Notes: generated by a model not told the origin, from the sequence alone. Shown: positions 21,978-35,031, numbered from the stretch's first letter. The stretch is 64,000 bases of DNA from Utricularia gibba (GCA_002189035.1 NEEC01000002.1:4712001-4776000), one strand, 5' to 3'. A program made the numbers and translations.

Positions 21978-24900
21978 GTAGTATTAGAGCTACAATCTTG
22001 GTGCATGGAAAATAAAAAATTGTCACTAGTTCAATGGCATCTCATCAAGTAGGTTAATATTCTGCATATTGTCCCAATAGCCATGAAATTGATGAAGAAT
22101 CTCAACCCTTGGAGGTATGCATCAATAGATTCAGGAATTACCCACCTACCAAACAGATAGTTGCACAGCCAAATGCCTCTTTGAGGATCAGATAGAGAAA
22201 CACCTGGTAGAATCACATGTGGTGTTTACAACACAATTTCAATCCTTTCACAACAACTCCAATCATTGGCACAACAACAGTCTATTCTAGGTCTAGAGAA
22301 TTGAACTCGCTATCCAACACAAATCTCTACTATCCACACACCATCTTTAGAGCTCCAAGATCTTCTAATGATCAGAATCCAGATCCCTATGGGAAGGATT
22401 ATGCCAACCTATCAAAAATGACTTTACCTTCTTTTGATTAGATCAACGAAAGAGGATGGATTTGGAGAATCACCCAATTCTTTCATTTTGCAACTCAAGT
22501 CACAAAGGATGATTGGGTTGATTGGTAGTGTTGGATTCGCTAGTGTGGTTGATGAATGGGTTGCTAGAAATATAGCAATAAAGCAATCTTGTTGTTGGGA
22601 TAAGTTTGTGAGATCTTTAATATTTCGTTTTGAACGAATTGTTCCTACAAGGCTGCCTACTAAATTTTTCAAGATTAAGTAGATGGGTTCAATCTCAGAG
22701 CATTTGGATGAATATGATGTTTATCAATCACACATTACTCTTTGTTTCCTAAGTATTAATTGGAGAATTTTGTGACTATTTTAATTATTGAGTTTAATGA
22801 ATAACTTCAAGAAGCTATCATTTGCACCACACTTCAAACTAAAGAAGAAATTATATGCTTCACTCTTTTTAGGGAAGCAGAATATTCAACACTCCAACAG
22901 TGAAATCCACATCTATCTCGTAAGAGCGGGTCTCGAACCCATCACAACTATCTAAGAGTCCACATTCCGAATGCCTTAATTAAAGAAAGATTGGAAAAGA
23001 AACTTTGCATTAAATGTGGAGAGCCCTTCTCTAGAGAGCACCACTCTTTAGGCAAACAACTATTTTTTATTACATGCGAATGAAGTGCCCTTTGAAAACC
23101 CAATGAGGATATGCACTCCAACACTCTAGTACTCATGTATGAAGCAATTTTCTTAGAAACAATTTCGATTTATTCCATTTGAAGAGAAATCACTGAGAAA
23201 CATTTTCAAATAACAAAATCATACCATATACAAAAACTGAGAGTTTCATTTGAACCTTGAGCAACTAGCAATTTCATTCATATAAGCTTGGTCGAAAAAT
23301 TCTCCCTCTCATTGGTGCTCACTCACTCGATTCTAGTAACTGAGCTAGGTGAACAACGATCAATAGACTAGATGTAACAAAAAAATTTGTTTGAAATTGG
23401 GGACTCATGAATTCTACTTTGATTTCAAGATATTTGATTTTAAGAAAAATTACGATATGGTGCTAAAAGGGTAGATTTTTCAATGAATAAGATCCATTTT
23501 TGTAAGTTATAAGACTATGATCTTCTATATTACCAAGGATGAGCAAACACCCATTTCACTTGTTGATGGATCTAAAGTTACCCCATGTGATCTACAACAT
23601 CCCATGTGTTTGTTGGGTCATCTACATGCATTAATGACTTCTCCAGTTGCACACGTCAACCAAGTTCCTCCTCATCCTTAGATTGTTTCACTACTCAATG
23701 AATTTGTTAATGTCTTTCAGGAACCAATGGGACTTCCACCACATAGAGAAAATGAACATGAGATCACATTAGTACCTGACATCACTTCAAAATGATGCCA
23801 ACCTTATCGAATCCCACAACATTTAAAGCAACAAGTAGAAAAAATCATTGATCAGTTGCTAGCTTCAGATCTTATACATAAAAAAAAGTCCATCTTCTTC
23901 CCCTATATTGTTAGTTCTGAAAAAAGATGGAGGTGGACAATGTGCATTGATTTTCGCTTTTCAAATGACAACTCTTTTAAACACCCTTTGCTCATTCCCC
24001 TGATAGATGAACTTCATGAGACTCATTTTTTTTAAAAACTAGACTTACGTTCTGGCTACTTTAAAATCAGAATGAAGAATGAGAATATTTATGAAGCCAG
24101 TTTTTCTACCCATTAAGGTCATTATGAATTTTTTATTATGACTTTTGGGTTGACTAATGTCCATCTATATTTCAATCCTTAATGAACTCAATTTTTTCAA
24201 ATGTGCCTCGTAAACTTGTTTTAACTTTTTTGATGATATTTTGGTTTATAGTAAACCTTGGGTTGATCCTCTTCATCACCTTGGTATGGTACTCTTTATA
24301 CTCAAAGAGCACTCTTTACATGCTTGGATGTCGAAGTATTCCTTTGAATTTAGATAGGTGGAATATCATGGTTATATTATTTCACATGAGGGTGTAGCTG
24401 CTGACCTTAAAAAAGTGGACAAGACATTGGAATGTCCAAGATCCACTTATGTGGAGGCATTAAGAGGATTTTTTAGATTAACCAAATATTATCGAATTTT
24501 TATATATGGCTATTGCCTAAGTAGTCACCCCTTCACAAGGGGTGCTCAGGGTTCTGGGTAGGAATCGAGAAAATATGGTCCGATTTCTACTACTTTATAG
24601 TACTCAATCGGACCAAACTAGAGAAGCTGAGTATTTGATAATTTGCTATATATTAATATAATATCAACTATCATATTTTCCATTAATACCATAACTATCA
24701 ATAATGAAGATTATGCCATTGTGAAAATGATGTTGCTATTACTTTTTACTAATGCTTGGATGCTTTTGTAGTATACTAGCATTCTTTCTATTCTTTGATG
24801 TGTACTCTTGTTTTTCAAACTATTATTTTTGATTCCCAAATCTATTTTTTCTATTCTTTGATGTGCATCAGATGATGGAGACTCATGATTAATTGTATAT

Positions 24901-25200
24901 GAAGTTTATTGATGTCATATCAATTATCATGTAAGAACCAAATTGGACCGGAACTGCTTAGGTCAATTTGATTAGGAATCGAAGGTTCTGGTCCAATTCC
25001 TAATACTTATTTCGGGTTTGATCCTATTCCAACTACTACATGATACTGGACTGAACCTAGATCATGAACATCCCTAGCCCTCACACAATTATTAAAGAAT
25101 GATAATTTTGGTTGGAATGAAGATGCTACCAAAATTTTTTATTTATTGAACCAAATTGTCTCTTCCACCTCGGTATTATTGATTTTGCATCAAACTTTAT
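21978..25200 (+). mobile_element. Degenerate Ty3/gypsy (chromovirus-like) internal region: gag-PR-RT
   Basis: LTR-like end CAACA (21975), then TAGTATTAGAGC (degenerate tRNA-iMet PBS). RT motifs SPILLVLKKDG, MCIDFR, KLDLRSGY, GHYEF.IMTFGLTN and FFDDILVYSK (about 24230); RT C-terminus ALTQLLKNDNFGWNEDA after 25077. Many stops and frameshifts. Confidence 0.85.
24537..25076. mobile_element. Non-autonomous hAT-type element (540 bp) inserted in RT
   Basis: Termini AAGGGGTGCTCA / rc TAGGGATGTTCA, 8-bp flanks CCCTTCAC/GCCCTCAC (6/8), and subterminal GGTTC/GAACC motifs. Removing it restores RT continuity. Confidence 0.65.
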
Positions 25201-25455
25201 TATATATGTGCTATTTTCAATGTTACAGTAATAGGATTATGTGAATTAGAATAGGAAAAATGCCAAAATTTGTGCTGGTCAATTTATTTTCAGTAAAAAT
25301 GTGTTTTGAGTCATTTTCCCTTTAAGCCCAGGTAATTCCAACCCATTTGATCTGGGCCACATTATTATCAATACAAATGCAAAATGGGAATTGTACATTT
25401 GTATGCAGAAGGAAGATAAGAGAGGCTGGTGAAAAAGAAGGAAGAGAGGTCGCGA

Positions 25456-28400
25456 TACAATTAGATAGGAAGTTTGCAAATTAACAACAATTCACGAGCA
25501 CTAGAAAATAGTCTCCAAATGATAATAACCCAAATATTCAATAGTATCACATGAATGGTCAAAAAAATAGGCACAAAATACAAAACCAAGCACACACCAT
25601 TGCTCCAACAATAGCTGCCATGAGTACACTGAAGAGCATTGATATGCCAAGAATGAGATCAACAATAAGCAAAGGACTCTTGATTTTTCAGTTGTTGACC
25701 ACATAGTTTGAACACAAGAGAAAAATGGATTAATACATTCTTCCTATTCCCTCTACGTGGAGATTCAAGAGAATGAGAAATATCAAATTTTTCCAAAAAG
25801 GAAAAAACCACCGCTCACGTGTGCTTCCTTTAGGGTAAATGATTTTTTCATGAGCTTCCTTTGTGGACCGTGTTCTTGCTCATTCTCACCCGCCAAAAGA
25901 GCATTCACCTTAGAATGCACAGGATAATAGGGAAACATTTGGTGTACATTAAAAACATCAGACATCTTGTATCCCGGTGGAAGGCGAACCTGATAGGTAT
26001 TGGAATTCAGTTTAGCCACAACCGCCATGGGTCCTATTTTCTTGTTCACCATCTTGTGATATTCATGAGTAGGGTAGTGATTATTTGTGATGTCCACATG
26101 AGATCACCCACATGAAACTCAAGGGAGTATCGAGACTTATCAATAGATACTTTGTAGTGAGCATTAGTAGCATTAAGATTGATCACCACTTGCTGATGGA
26201 TCTCCTGTAATGAAGTGACAAAGTCAATAGCTCGTTCATTCAGACAGCGCTAATTCGCTAGAGCAGTAAGACCCTAGGTCCCCTGGTTGGACACAATGCA
26301 CAACTTGAAAGAGGCTAAACCCAGTGCTCTTGTTGATGACGTGGTTATGAGCAAACTCCGCTTTACTCAATAATAGATCCTAGCTCTTGTGGTCATTATT
26401 CACTAGGCATTGAAGTCAATTACCAAGAACGATTCACCAACTTGGTTTTTCCATCGGTTTTTCGATGATAAGCACTACTAAAACTTAGTGTGGTGTTGAT
26501 CAAGCACCATAAACTATGCCAAAAATGTCTCGAAAACCCGGTGTCTCAATCTAACATAGTAGACATGGAAGACCATGCAAACGATAGATCTCTTGAAAAA
26601 ACATCATGACTAGGGCACTAGCATTAGTGCTCTTCTTGCAAGGAACAACCAGAACATAAGTAGAGTCAAAACCATGGGACTACGAGGTAAGCCAAGTACA
26701 AAATCCATACTCAAATGAACCCATGATTGGGTTGGTGTGGGAAGAGGGAGATATAAACCTGCATTAGATGTTTGACCTTTTGGCCTTTGGCACACATGAA
26801 ATTATCAGACCAGCTTAGTAACGAGGTGTTGTTGTCCAAGCTAGAAGTAGAGTTCTCGTAATAGAGATAATTTTTGATCCTTGCCCACATGCCCCTCATG
26901 GTGGATCTCCTATGCTAGTTGTAAGCACTGACTAGATGCAAGGATACACAATTTTGTTCCCTTGAAAAGATACCCATTCACAATATAAAAACCATTGCAA
27001 ACACCATAAGTCACATCTCCCAGAATTTTTGTGAAATACTCATCTAAGGCATAAAGAGAAGTTAAGACTTCAAATCCACTCACAACAACCTTTGGTGTTG
27101 CTAAGCACGTGCGCTTGTGGCTTAATGCGTCTATGACACAATTTTGGGCTCCTGTCGTTTGCCGGATTAAGAACATGAACCGTTGCAAATAAGCAATTCA
27201 AAGTATAAATTATTGCTAAAATAAATACTGTCTACAATGTTTAATAGTCTGAACCAAAGCAAACAATTCCAAATCATAAGTCGAATAATTAGCCTTGCTT
27301 TCCCTTGGTTGTTTGCTGAATAAGCAATAGATCGGTTCAACTGGCTGAGTACTGCACCAATACCCGTATCATATGCATCACAATGGAGTTCAAAAGGTCT
27401 AAAAAAGTCCGAAAGTGCTAATATTGGGGTGGATGTGAGTAGCTCTTCAATGCGCACAAATGATTTCTCTACCTCTTGGGTCCATGTAAACACTTTACCC
27501 TTCATAGAATCTATAAGTGGTACCATAATAGTGCTGAAACGTGAGATAAAGCGATGATAAAAAACGCTAACCCATGACTTTCGTAAGAGTTGTAGGTGTG
27601 GGTCAGGTTTGAATTGCAGCCACCTTTGTTGAATCCACTTGTAATCCATCACAGGAGATAATGAACCCAAAAAATAACACCTATGAAGCGAAGAATAAGC
27701 ACTTAGAGATGCATAAAATTGAGCTCCTTTCAAGGTTTGGAGTACGGCATGAACATCTTGTGCATAGGAGTCTTGATCCCTACTATATATCAAGATATCA
27801 TCAAAATACACCACTACACATCTTCCCATTAACAGACATAGAAGCTGGTTCAATACACAAATAAATGTGCTTGAGACATTAGATAATCTGAAGGGCATCA
27901 GCAACCACTCATAAAGTCATTCGCTAGTTTTGAAGGTAGTCTTCCATTCATCCTTTGACCTTATATGAATTGAGTTATTCCCGCTCTTTAAATCTAGCTT
28001 TGAAAAAATGGTTGCTCTATGAATTTCGTCGAAAAGATCATCAAGGTGCGGTATTGAGAATCGACAATTGAACATAATTTTTTTAATCATCCGACTATGA
28101 ACACACATCTGCCAAGTTCCTTCTTTCTTAAGATAGCTGATATGGCACATGGGCTTAAGTTCTCTCAAATATGTCCTTTAGATACCGGACCCTCTACTTG
28201 CCATCTCATTTCCTCATACTTAGTCGGGCTCATATGATAATGAGCTTTGTTGAGGGAGGGAAGATCCCGACACCAAATCAATACCATGCCTTGTAATGAT
28301 GGAAGCCCATGTAGTAAATCCTCAGGAAATATGCCATAGAATTCCTCCAAAATAGTTTTCACAACATTTGATTCTATGCATTGTAGCAAATTCATTTCCT

Positions 28401-30281
28401 TGATCAATATTAAGAAGGCCATAATATCCTCCATTTCTTCAACTAGCTGTTTGATCAAAATATTCTTCTTACTGGCATGAAGGGTATTCTAATCATATTG
28501 CCACTATCATCCTAAGAGCAGGTGCCAAGCGTTCATTTTTACCACATCACAACAAACTATGTCTTTCTAGGTGTTTCCTATGGAAAAACTAACATGAGCT
28601 CACCTTGGCACTTTACAAATCTCCTTTTTTTCGAGCCATCCCAAGTTATACGGTTTGGCCAAGGGTTTGATCTTGAGACTCAACTTAGTGACGGCTTCCT
28701 CGGAGATAAAATTATCACACCTACCACCATCAATCACTAATTTACACACTTTGTCATTCATCGTGCATGTCAATTGGAAAATATTATGTTGAAGCCAAGA
28801 TGTGTCATCAACAACGGTCAGGGATCGGAGTAATCGATGTGTGACCAGAGCATGGCCAGTGTCACCATAACAAGCTCTTCACCTGCTGACCCAATAGATA
28901 GATCCCCAAATCTGGGGTCCAATTCAACCTCGAACTCATTTTCAACAAGAAGTGCCTTATTTTATACTTTCTTATAGTTGGCCTGCTTATGATCCAACTC
29001 CCCACATGTGTAGCACTTGAGCTGGCTCCCCATCTTGTTGTTGCTAGGTTTTGAGGACCTAATTGTGCTATATCTGATGAGGCTCCAATAAAATGTGAAG
29101 AGTTCTTCTTTGGTAAGTCTCAACTATAGATACGGCGTCAAAGAGATTTAGAACTTCCTGGAAAGAGGGCCTCAAAATAGTAATATATTGCCCTACAAGT
29201 TGCTCCTCTGTTTAATGAAGCTCAACACATGTAATTAGTTGATAAAATTCTTTGGTATGATCCTTCACACATTTGATTCCCTGTTTCAAGCTCTATAGTT
29301 TCTGAATTAAAAGACACTAGTGGTTATATGGAAGAAATGCTGTACAAAGATGTTTCTTCAGTTTTTCCCATGATTGTAACTTAGCCTTGCCCATTCGCAT
29401 GCACAAGAATTTAACTTGTTGCCACTAGGAAGATACTCGTCCTCTGAATTGAGTGGCCACAAGAGCAACCTGCCATTCATCTAGTATGTTCTTGAAATCC
29501 AGAACTTCCTCCATCGTCGCTATCCAATCTAGGAACTTCCTCCATCAATTTTTAACCCAGATTCCCAGCATCTATCACCTTCATTTGAGGCGGCTCTAGG
29601 TGTCGAATGTCACTTAGCCCCATTAAAAGATCCAAACTCAGTAGGTTCAAGTGACTCAACCTCATTTCTGAAAGTATGACATGGCTGGTTGGATGTGGGT
29701 TGCCCATTCTATGACAAGAGGCGTTCCAAGCTGCACACCAACTAATCTACCTTTTCCTCCTAGGCCTCGAACCTTTTCTCCATCAAAAACTCGTTGCTCG
29801 TGGGATGGACATAACCTCTTCCTCCTCTACCTGCCATAGCCATAGCAGCCCTCCTTCTAGTGCCAAATTATGTAGTTAGATTGGAAATTTGCAAACGAAC
29901 AACAATTCACGAGCACTAGAAAATAGATTCCAAATGATAATAACCCTAATATTCAATAGTTCCACATGAATGGTCAAAAAAATAGACACAAAACACAAAA
30001 CCCAGCACATGCCATTGCTTCAACAGTTGTTGTCATAAGTACACCGAAGAGCATCAATATGCCAAGAATGAGATTAGCAACCAGGAAAGGACTCTTGATT
30101 TTTCAGCTGTTGACCACACAGCTTGAACATAGCTGAAATACCAAATTCCTAATCCCTCTACGAAGAGATTCATGAGAATGAGAAATATCAAATTTTTCCA
30201 AAAAGGCAAAAACCACCGCTCACATGTGCTTCTCTTAGGTTAAATGATTTTTTTCATGGGCTTCCTTTGTGTTCTAGCTTT
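25456..30281 (-). mobile_element. Full-length but degenerate CRM-like Ty3/gypsy retrotransposon (LTRs 29871-30281 and 25456-25882)
   Basis: Two direct repeats of about 0.41-0.43 kb. PBS at 29849-29865; gag start MAGRGGRGY (29837); zinc knuckle CYTCGELDH (about 29010); RT FSKLDLKSG and VYFDDILIYS; RNase H FELHCDAYDTGIGAVLSQ; integrase [13 protein letters not shown]; GPY/F region KKIGP...VFNV. The integrase frame reads through the PPT into the 3' LTR (AGENEQ), a CRM hallmark. No clear TSD. Confidence 0.88.
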
Positions 30282-30819
30282 ATGGCCCATGCCAAGTTGC
30301 CACAACATGCAATAGGACAAGCCGGAGTGAGTGGAGAGCGAAGTAAGAATATCTTCTCCTAGAGATATTTTCTGATGGGACTGCAGGAGTTTGAGCATTT
30401 TTTTTTTTTTTTTTTGGTTTTCTATTGAAGAAGAAGAAGGAAGAGAAGTTATAATATGACACTAGAACTAATATCCAACATCTTGAAGCACAGTTGAAAC
30501 ATAGATCAACAACAAAGAAGGTTGAGAACCTATAGTCTGAAAAGAAGAAGATAGGGAGAACACTAAAATTGGAGAATCAAACAAATATTTTACTTTTCCC
30601 ATAAATGTTAATTATTACATTTTATTTTATGAACATGCATGCAATTTCCATTTCATGTTTTTTTCTTTTATGTGCAATGTGTTTGAATGCTTTCAACACC
30701 TGTATGTGTTAGGCAAATCAATTTCGTTACTATTTTTGCATGCACATATAATACCTAGCAACCTGAAAATGAACTCTAATCTATTAGTGTGCAGTTTAAT
30801 TCAGGGTTAAGGTGCAATG

Positions 30820-31260
30820 ACCATTTTTTTTATGGTAAAAACATTTACACTCGCAACATCTGTTGAATTTCCCTTCCATCAATTATCTCTCCCTAACTTC
30901 AAGAAACCATTTATTATGGAAACCGATGCATGTGACTTAGGGATTGGAAGTGTTCTTACTCAATATGTACATCCCATGCTTATTTTTCAAAGGTCTTGGA
31001 GAAAAATGTATGAGAAAATCTATTTACGAGAAAGAATTAATTAATTTTGTAGAAGATATTCTTAACTGAAAACATTATTTGATAGGAGGTCATTTCACTT
31101 AGATTGTCAAAGTTTGTGTTTCCTGAAGGAGCAAGGCTAATGAACTCTTTTCAGCAAAAATCGATGTTGAAATTAATTGGATATGATTTTGGCATCCACT
31201 ATAAACAAGGCCATGACAATTTGACAATAGATACCCTTGCACACATGGCATATCCCTTTA
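30820..31260 (+). mobile_element. Ty3/gypsy RNase H remnant
   Basis: LSLPNFKKPFIMETDACDLGIGSVLTQ...IYEKEL...KHYLIG...QKSMLKLIGYDFGIHYKQGHDNLTIDTLA, with frameshifts. Confidence 0.8.
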
Positions 31261-31379
31261 TCCTTTCTTCCTTACAACCTAAGTGTTGAGATCTTTGACA
31301 ATTATCCACTAATTACATGAACCCAGATTTATTAATCATTCAAACTTGCATGCACCCAAATGATAAATATTGGCAGGGC

Positions 31380-31887
31380 GCATTAGAATTTTAACGAGGA
31401 AACCCTTCTCAGGGAAAAACTTCGGTTGCTCCACACCAGGCAAGAAAATCCACTATCAATGATAAGAGAAGCAAGAACAATCTCAGTTCCAAAGAGCAAG
31501 ACCAAGAATCTAAAATCACAGGAAGATTCTAAGTAGACTCCCACACATAAAAGAGGGAGGCTGCTGCAAACCAAGTTCAATTCCTGCAGCACAAATTCTT
31601 GCTCCTTCGATCAATCACCAAATCGTTGTTGGAGGAGACCAGAGTCACTCCTTTGTTTCCTCTAATTCATCGGGTTCAACACTTGTGCCGCTTCTCAACC
31701 CAAGTGCTCTCTGTTTTCATAAACGTCAGCGGTTATTTTTGGTGGGTCTTTTAGAGGATGAGCCAACTGGATGTGGGCCAAGTAATTTATCCAGCCCACC
31801 ACAAGGGAGACATGGCCCACCACACTATGTGGCTCCTATAGATACAACACAGCTATAAACATGATTCTTATCTTCATGATATCTACA
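31380..31887 (-). mobile_element. Copia-type LTR-like fragment
   Basis: The minus strand carries TAGTGGATT...GTTTTTCCC...GGGTTTCC, a U5-like motif common in copia LTRs. Candidate TG start at 31887. No TSD found. Confidence 0.4.
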
Positions 31888-32459
31888 TCAGTAAATTAGT
31901 GGACCTCTCCTCTTTTACTAACTTTCAACTCCACAACTATGTTTTTAACTCGATGGGTATCCGTTCGGTTCAATCGGGTGAACCAATACTCGAAAAAAAT
32001 GGACCGGTTAAAATTAAATCTTTAACATATAAAATTATCAAATTCTTAAAAATTTGGCTTCAAGTCGAGTCACCCATCACATCACTTTCTCTATGCCTTT
32101 TCAATCCATCCATCACTTAAACCCATTTAAACTTCATGTGAAGGTTTATGTAAGTGTCTGCCAATCTGTTGTGAACAACCAAAAGATCTAAGAAGAAATT
32201 AGGATTATCAAATACCATTTTTCAATTCAGATATTTTTTTTGTATATTATTTTTTTTTATCTTTTTTATAAATTAATTGTAGTTCAAATACTTGTCAATT
32301 CATTTTAATCAATTATTGTGTATTAATGTTAGCATGTATTTTGCATAATCTAAAATCATGTATATGTTTCTGATTTCTTTAATTTTGATAAATGTGGAGT
32401 TTATTTATGTTGGTGAATAATATTTTTTTCAATTGATAATAAATATATTATTTTGTGGT

Positions 32460-33322
32460 ATCAATAATGGAAGATGCATGTAATGGTTCAGAAAATGCTT
32501 CTAGGTTATCTCGAACATCATTTTTATGTTAGAAGAATGATATAGTATGGAATTATGCCATTACGAGAGAGGTTGATGAGAGAAAAATAATTTATTGCTC
32601 TTTTTGTGACAAAAAATTGGTGGAGGAGAATTCACATGTTACAAAAATATCTTGCTTGTGGGAAAGGAGAAGTGGAAAAATGTAATAAAGTTTTAAATAA
32701 TGAGACAAAAAGTGCAATTACTTTTAGAAGATTGCTCTAGTTCAAAATCCAACAAGAAGAAACGAAAAAATATGGAGGAAGGAAGTATCCAAAATTATTT
32801 TTCAGAGAATTTGCATGATATTGAATTTGAAGGTAATAATGGAATTCCAGAAACTTCAAGAACACTTACAGATATCTAAGATGGTGAATTTGGAAAGAGG
32901 AAGGGAATAACCCAACCCAGACTAAAAAAATTTTGAATTGGAAAAGATGCAGTAAACAAGACAAATAGAGATATAGCTTAATTTTTTTACACAAATTCCA
33001 TTCTTTTTAATTATATACGGTCTTGATATTTACATGTTTTGATTCACTCATTGTCAAAGTTAGTTGATGGATTGAAGGGTCTTGATATTTGCATGTTTTG
33101 ATTCACTCAGTGTCAAAGTTAGATGATTGATTTCAGCCCCCTTCAATGCATCAACTATGTGTGCTTCAAATATAAAGTGCAAAACAAAAGTTGCATATTT
33201 GGATTGATATCATTTGAGTCATTTGGTCAAAGACTCACTGTACAATTATGATAGATGGTCTGGACAGATGCTCATTCATGTAGTGTCATCAATTTTCTGA
33301 TTTAGTGTCCGAGAAGAACTAT
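32460..33322 (+). mobile_element. hAT transposase remnant (BED zinc finger plus start of DUF659 domain)
   Basis: DIVWNYAITREVDERKIIYCSFCDKKL..GIH..(H)LACGKGEVEKCNKV is BED-like; DIA*FFY..IPF; CTIMIDG.TDAHSCSVINFLI*CPRRTI matches the CSIMSDGWTD...LINFLV.CP.GT motif. AACCG/GGTTC-type subterminal motifs at 31960-32015. Confidence 0.75.
33019..33130. repeat. 59-bp tandem duplication (about 1.9 copies)
   Basis: GGTCTTGATATTT(A/G)CATGTTTTGATTCACTCA(T/G)TGTCAAAGTTAG starts at 33019 and at 33078. Confidence 0.9.
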
Positions 33323-34188
33323 TGTCAAGGCGGCGAAAGGCTAGACGAACGACCACAAGAGTGGGGGAGAAGGCGCTTCGATCCGGTAAAGGGATTTTCA
33401 TACGATTTAGTGACTAACATGGTGTTCAATGTGTCAAGGGCATAGGTTATGGTATTGAGCGTACCAGAGGCATAGGATATGAGTCAAGGGTCATAGGGGT
33501 TGATGCAATCAAGGGGAGGGAAGGGGAGATGGCCACCCCAACCCAAAGGCAACGCGCTTGCGCGGGATTCATGCCACTCAAGGGGCCTTCGAGCATACAG
33601 GGCCTTCGGGCATATAGGGGCTGAAAAGCCAATCAAGGGAGAACCTTAGGGTTCAATCAAGGGGCATCAATCATAGAAGATCAAGGGAGGGTCTTAGGAC
33701 CGCATAGAGTGCTACACGGATCACAAATTTCTCTTCTTACTTGTCATTGCGCATAGGATATGTATTGTACAGGACTAACCCCTTACTGGTCGTGTACGTG
33801 CACTTGGGAACGAGTCATTGGATGGGATAGGAGGGGCGGATGGCGAGGGTGCAGTGGCCGAGTAGTGTAGTCAAGGGCGGACTAGAGCGCAACACCGAAC
33901 TCTCCTTGTTTTCATGATTTCTTGCACTTCTTCTTTCTCACTTGGACTAGTATCTGCTCGTATTGAATAAAGGTCGGTCTTTTGCACTATGTTAACCTCT
34001 AGGCCCAGGACCCCGCGCACAATCAGCATGGTGAGGCGGAATGACGCACGTGGGCGAGGCGATATCGAGCGCGCGGGCAGGACTTATGGCACAGGAAGCC
34101 CGCGCAGGCGGAGTATGCTGCGAGGTCTCGCTATCGGTGTGCACGCGGTGATGGTCGCTCAACTAGGGTGTCTTGGCTGATCGTCACA
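33323..34188 (+). mobile_element. GC-rich LTR-like element (866 bp), lineage uncertain, no TSD
   Basis: TGTCA...TCACA termini, abrupt GC/CpG increase against the flanks, AATAAA at about 33967. Flanks ACTAT vs GGGGG do not match. Confidence 0.65.
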
Positions 34189-35004
34189 GGGGGGGGGGGG
34201 GAGAATGAGGAAGACGAACATGAATGAAGCTGATGTTTGAAGACTATTTTCTGTTTCCAAAGATTATTACTCTTACCTAAAAATAACTAGCAACATTTCC
34301 CATCTTCTGTTAAACTTTTAAGTTTCCTGCTTGTTTATTTTCTATTAGTCGACCAAGGGATGAGTACATTGTGGATGATGTTTTCTTTTCTATTTTTTTT
34401 TATCTTAAGCATGAGTGGCTAAGCACTTAGGGGGTGCCGTGGGGTGAAAGGGGGAGAAATGTGCTAATCAATCTTTAGACCTAATCAACCATAAGTCATG
34501 CCACTTCCTTAAAAAACTAAGATAGATCCAGGAGAGGGAAGTAGTGAAACCCAGTTGAACAACCCTAATTAAAGTTAGACCAAAGATTAGGGGGAAAACA
34601 AGAGTACGGGTATTCCTAGATCTTGTAAGTTAGTTGTATGATTTATGGTTTGTGTGAGCTTGTTTAGTTTTTTAGCATACATCCCTTAGGAATCCCAAGG
34701 CATCACACATTTCATATTAGAAACCACCGAGTTTCAAGCTTGTTACTTTTCTTTACTACATTCCATCGTAGTTCTGCCTTAGTCTTAGTTAAGACCAATT
34801 CTACCAACGTGACACTGATTCCTTGCATTGACCTTCACATAGCAAACACCTAGCTCCTTGTGTTTGACCATAGTCCACTATGCTCATATTTTTCATATCA
34901 TTTGATGTGAATTAGGTTTATAAATTTTATTTGATAGGAGAAATTTGCAAATTAATGACTTTGCAATAATTTTTTGTTTATCAAATTGACGCCGTTGCCA
35001 GCGA
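34189..35004 (+). mobile_element. Athila-type 5' LTR (3' half, ends 34983; family E, related to A) plus tRNA-Asp PBS (34987-35004)
   Basis: CATGAGTGGCTAA block, ends ...GTTTATCA, then TGACGCCGTTGCCAGCGA (15/18 to the PBS), then gag. Confidence 0.8.
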
Positions 35005-35031
35005 GCGGTGTTTAATTTTTTTGTGATTTGA

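Noticed and set aside
34189-34210. G13-AGAA-TGA as a polypurine tract marking a shared central LTR of tandem elements
   Set aside because: The same G-rich run occurs inside related LTR copies (4783-4800, about 54725), so it is LTR-internal.
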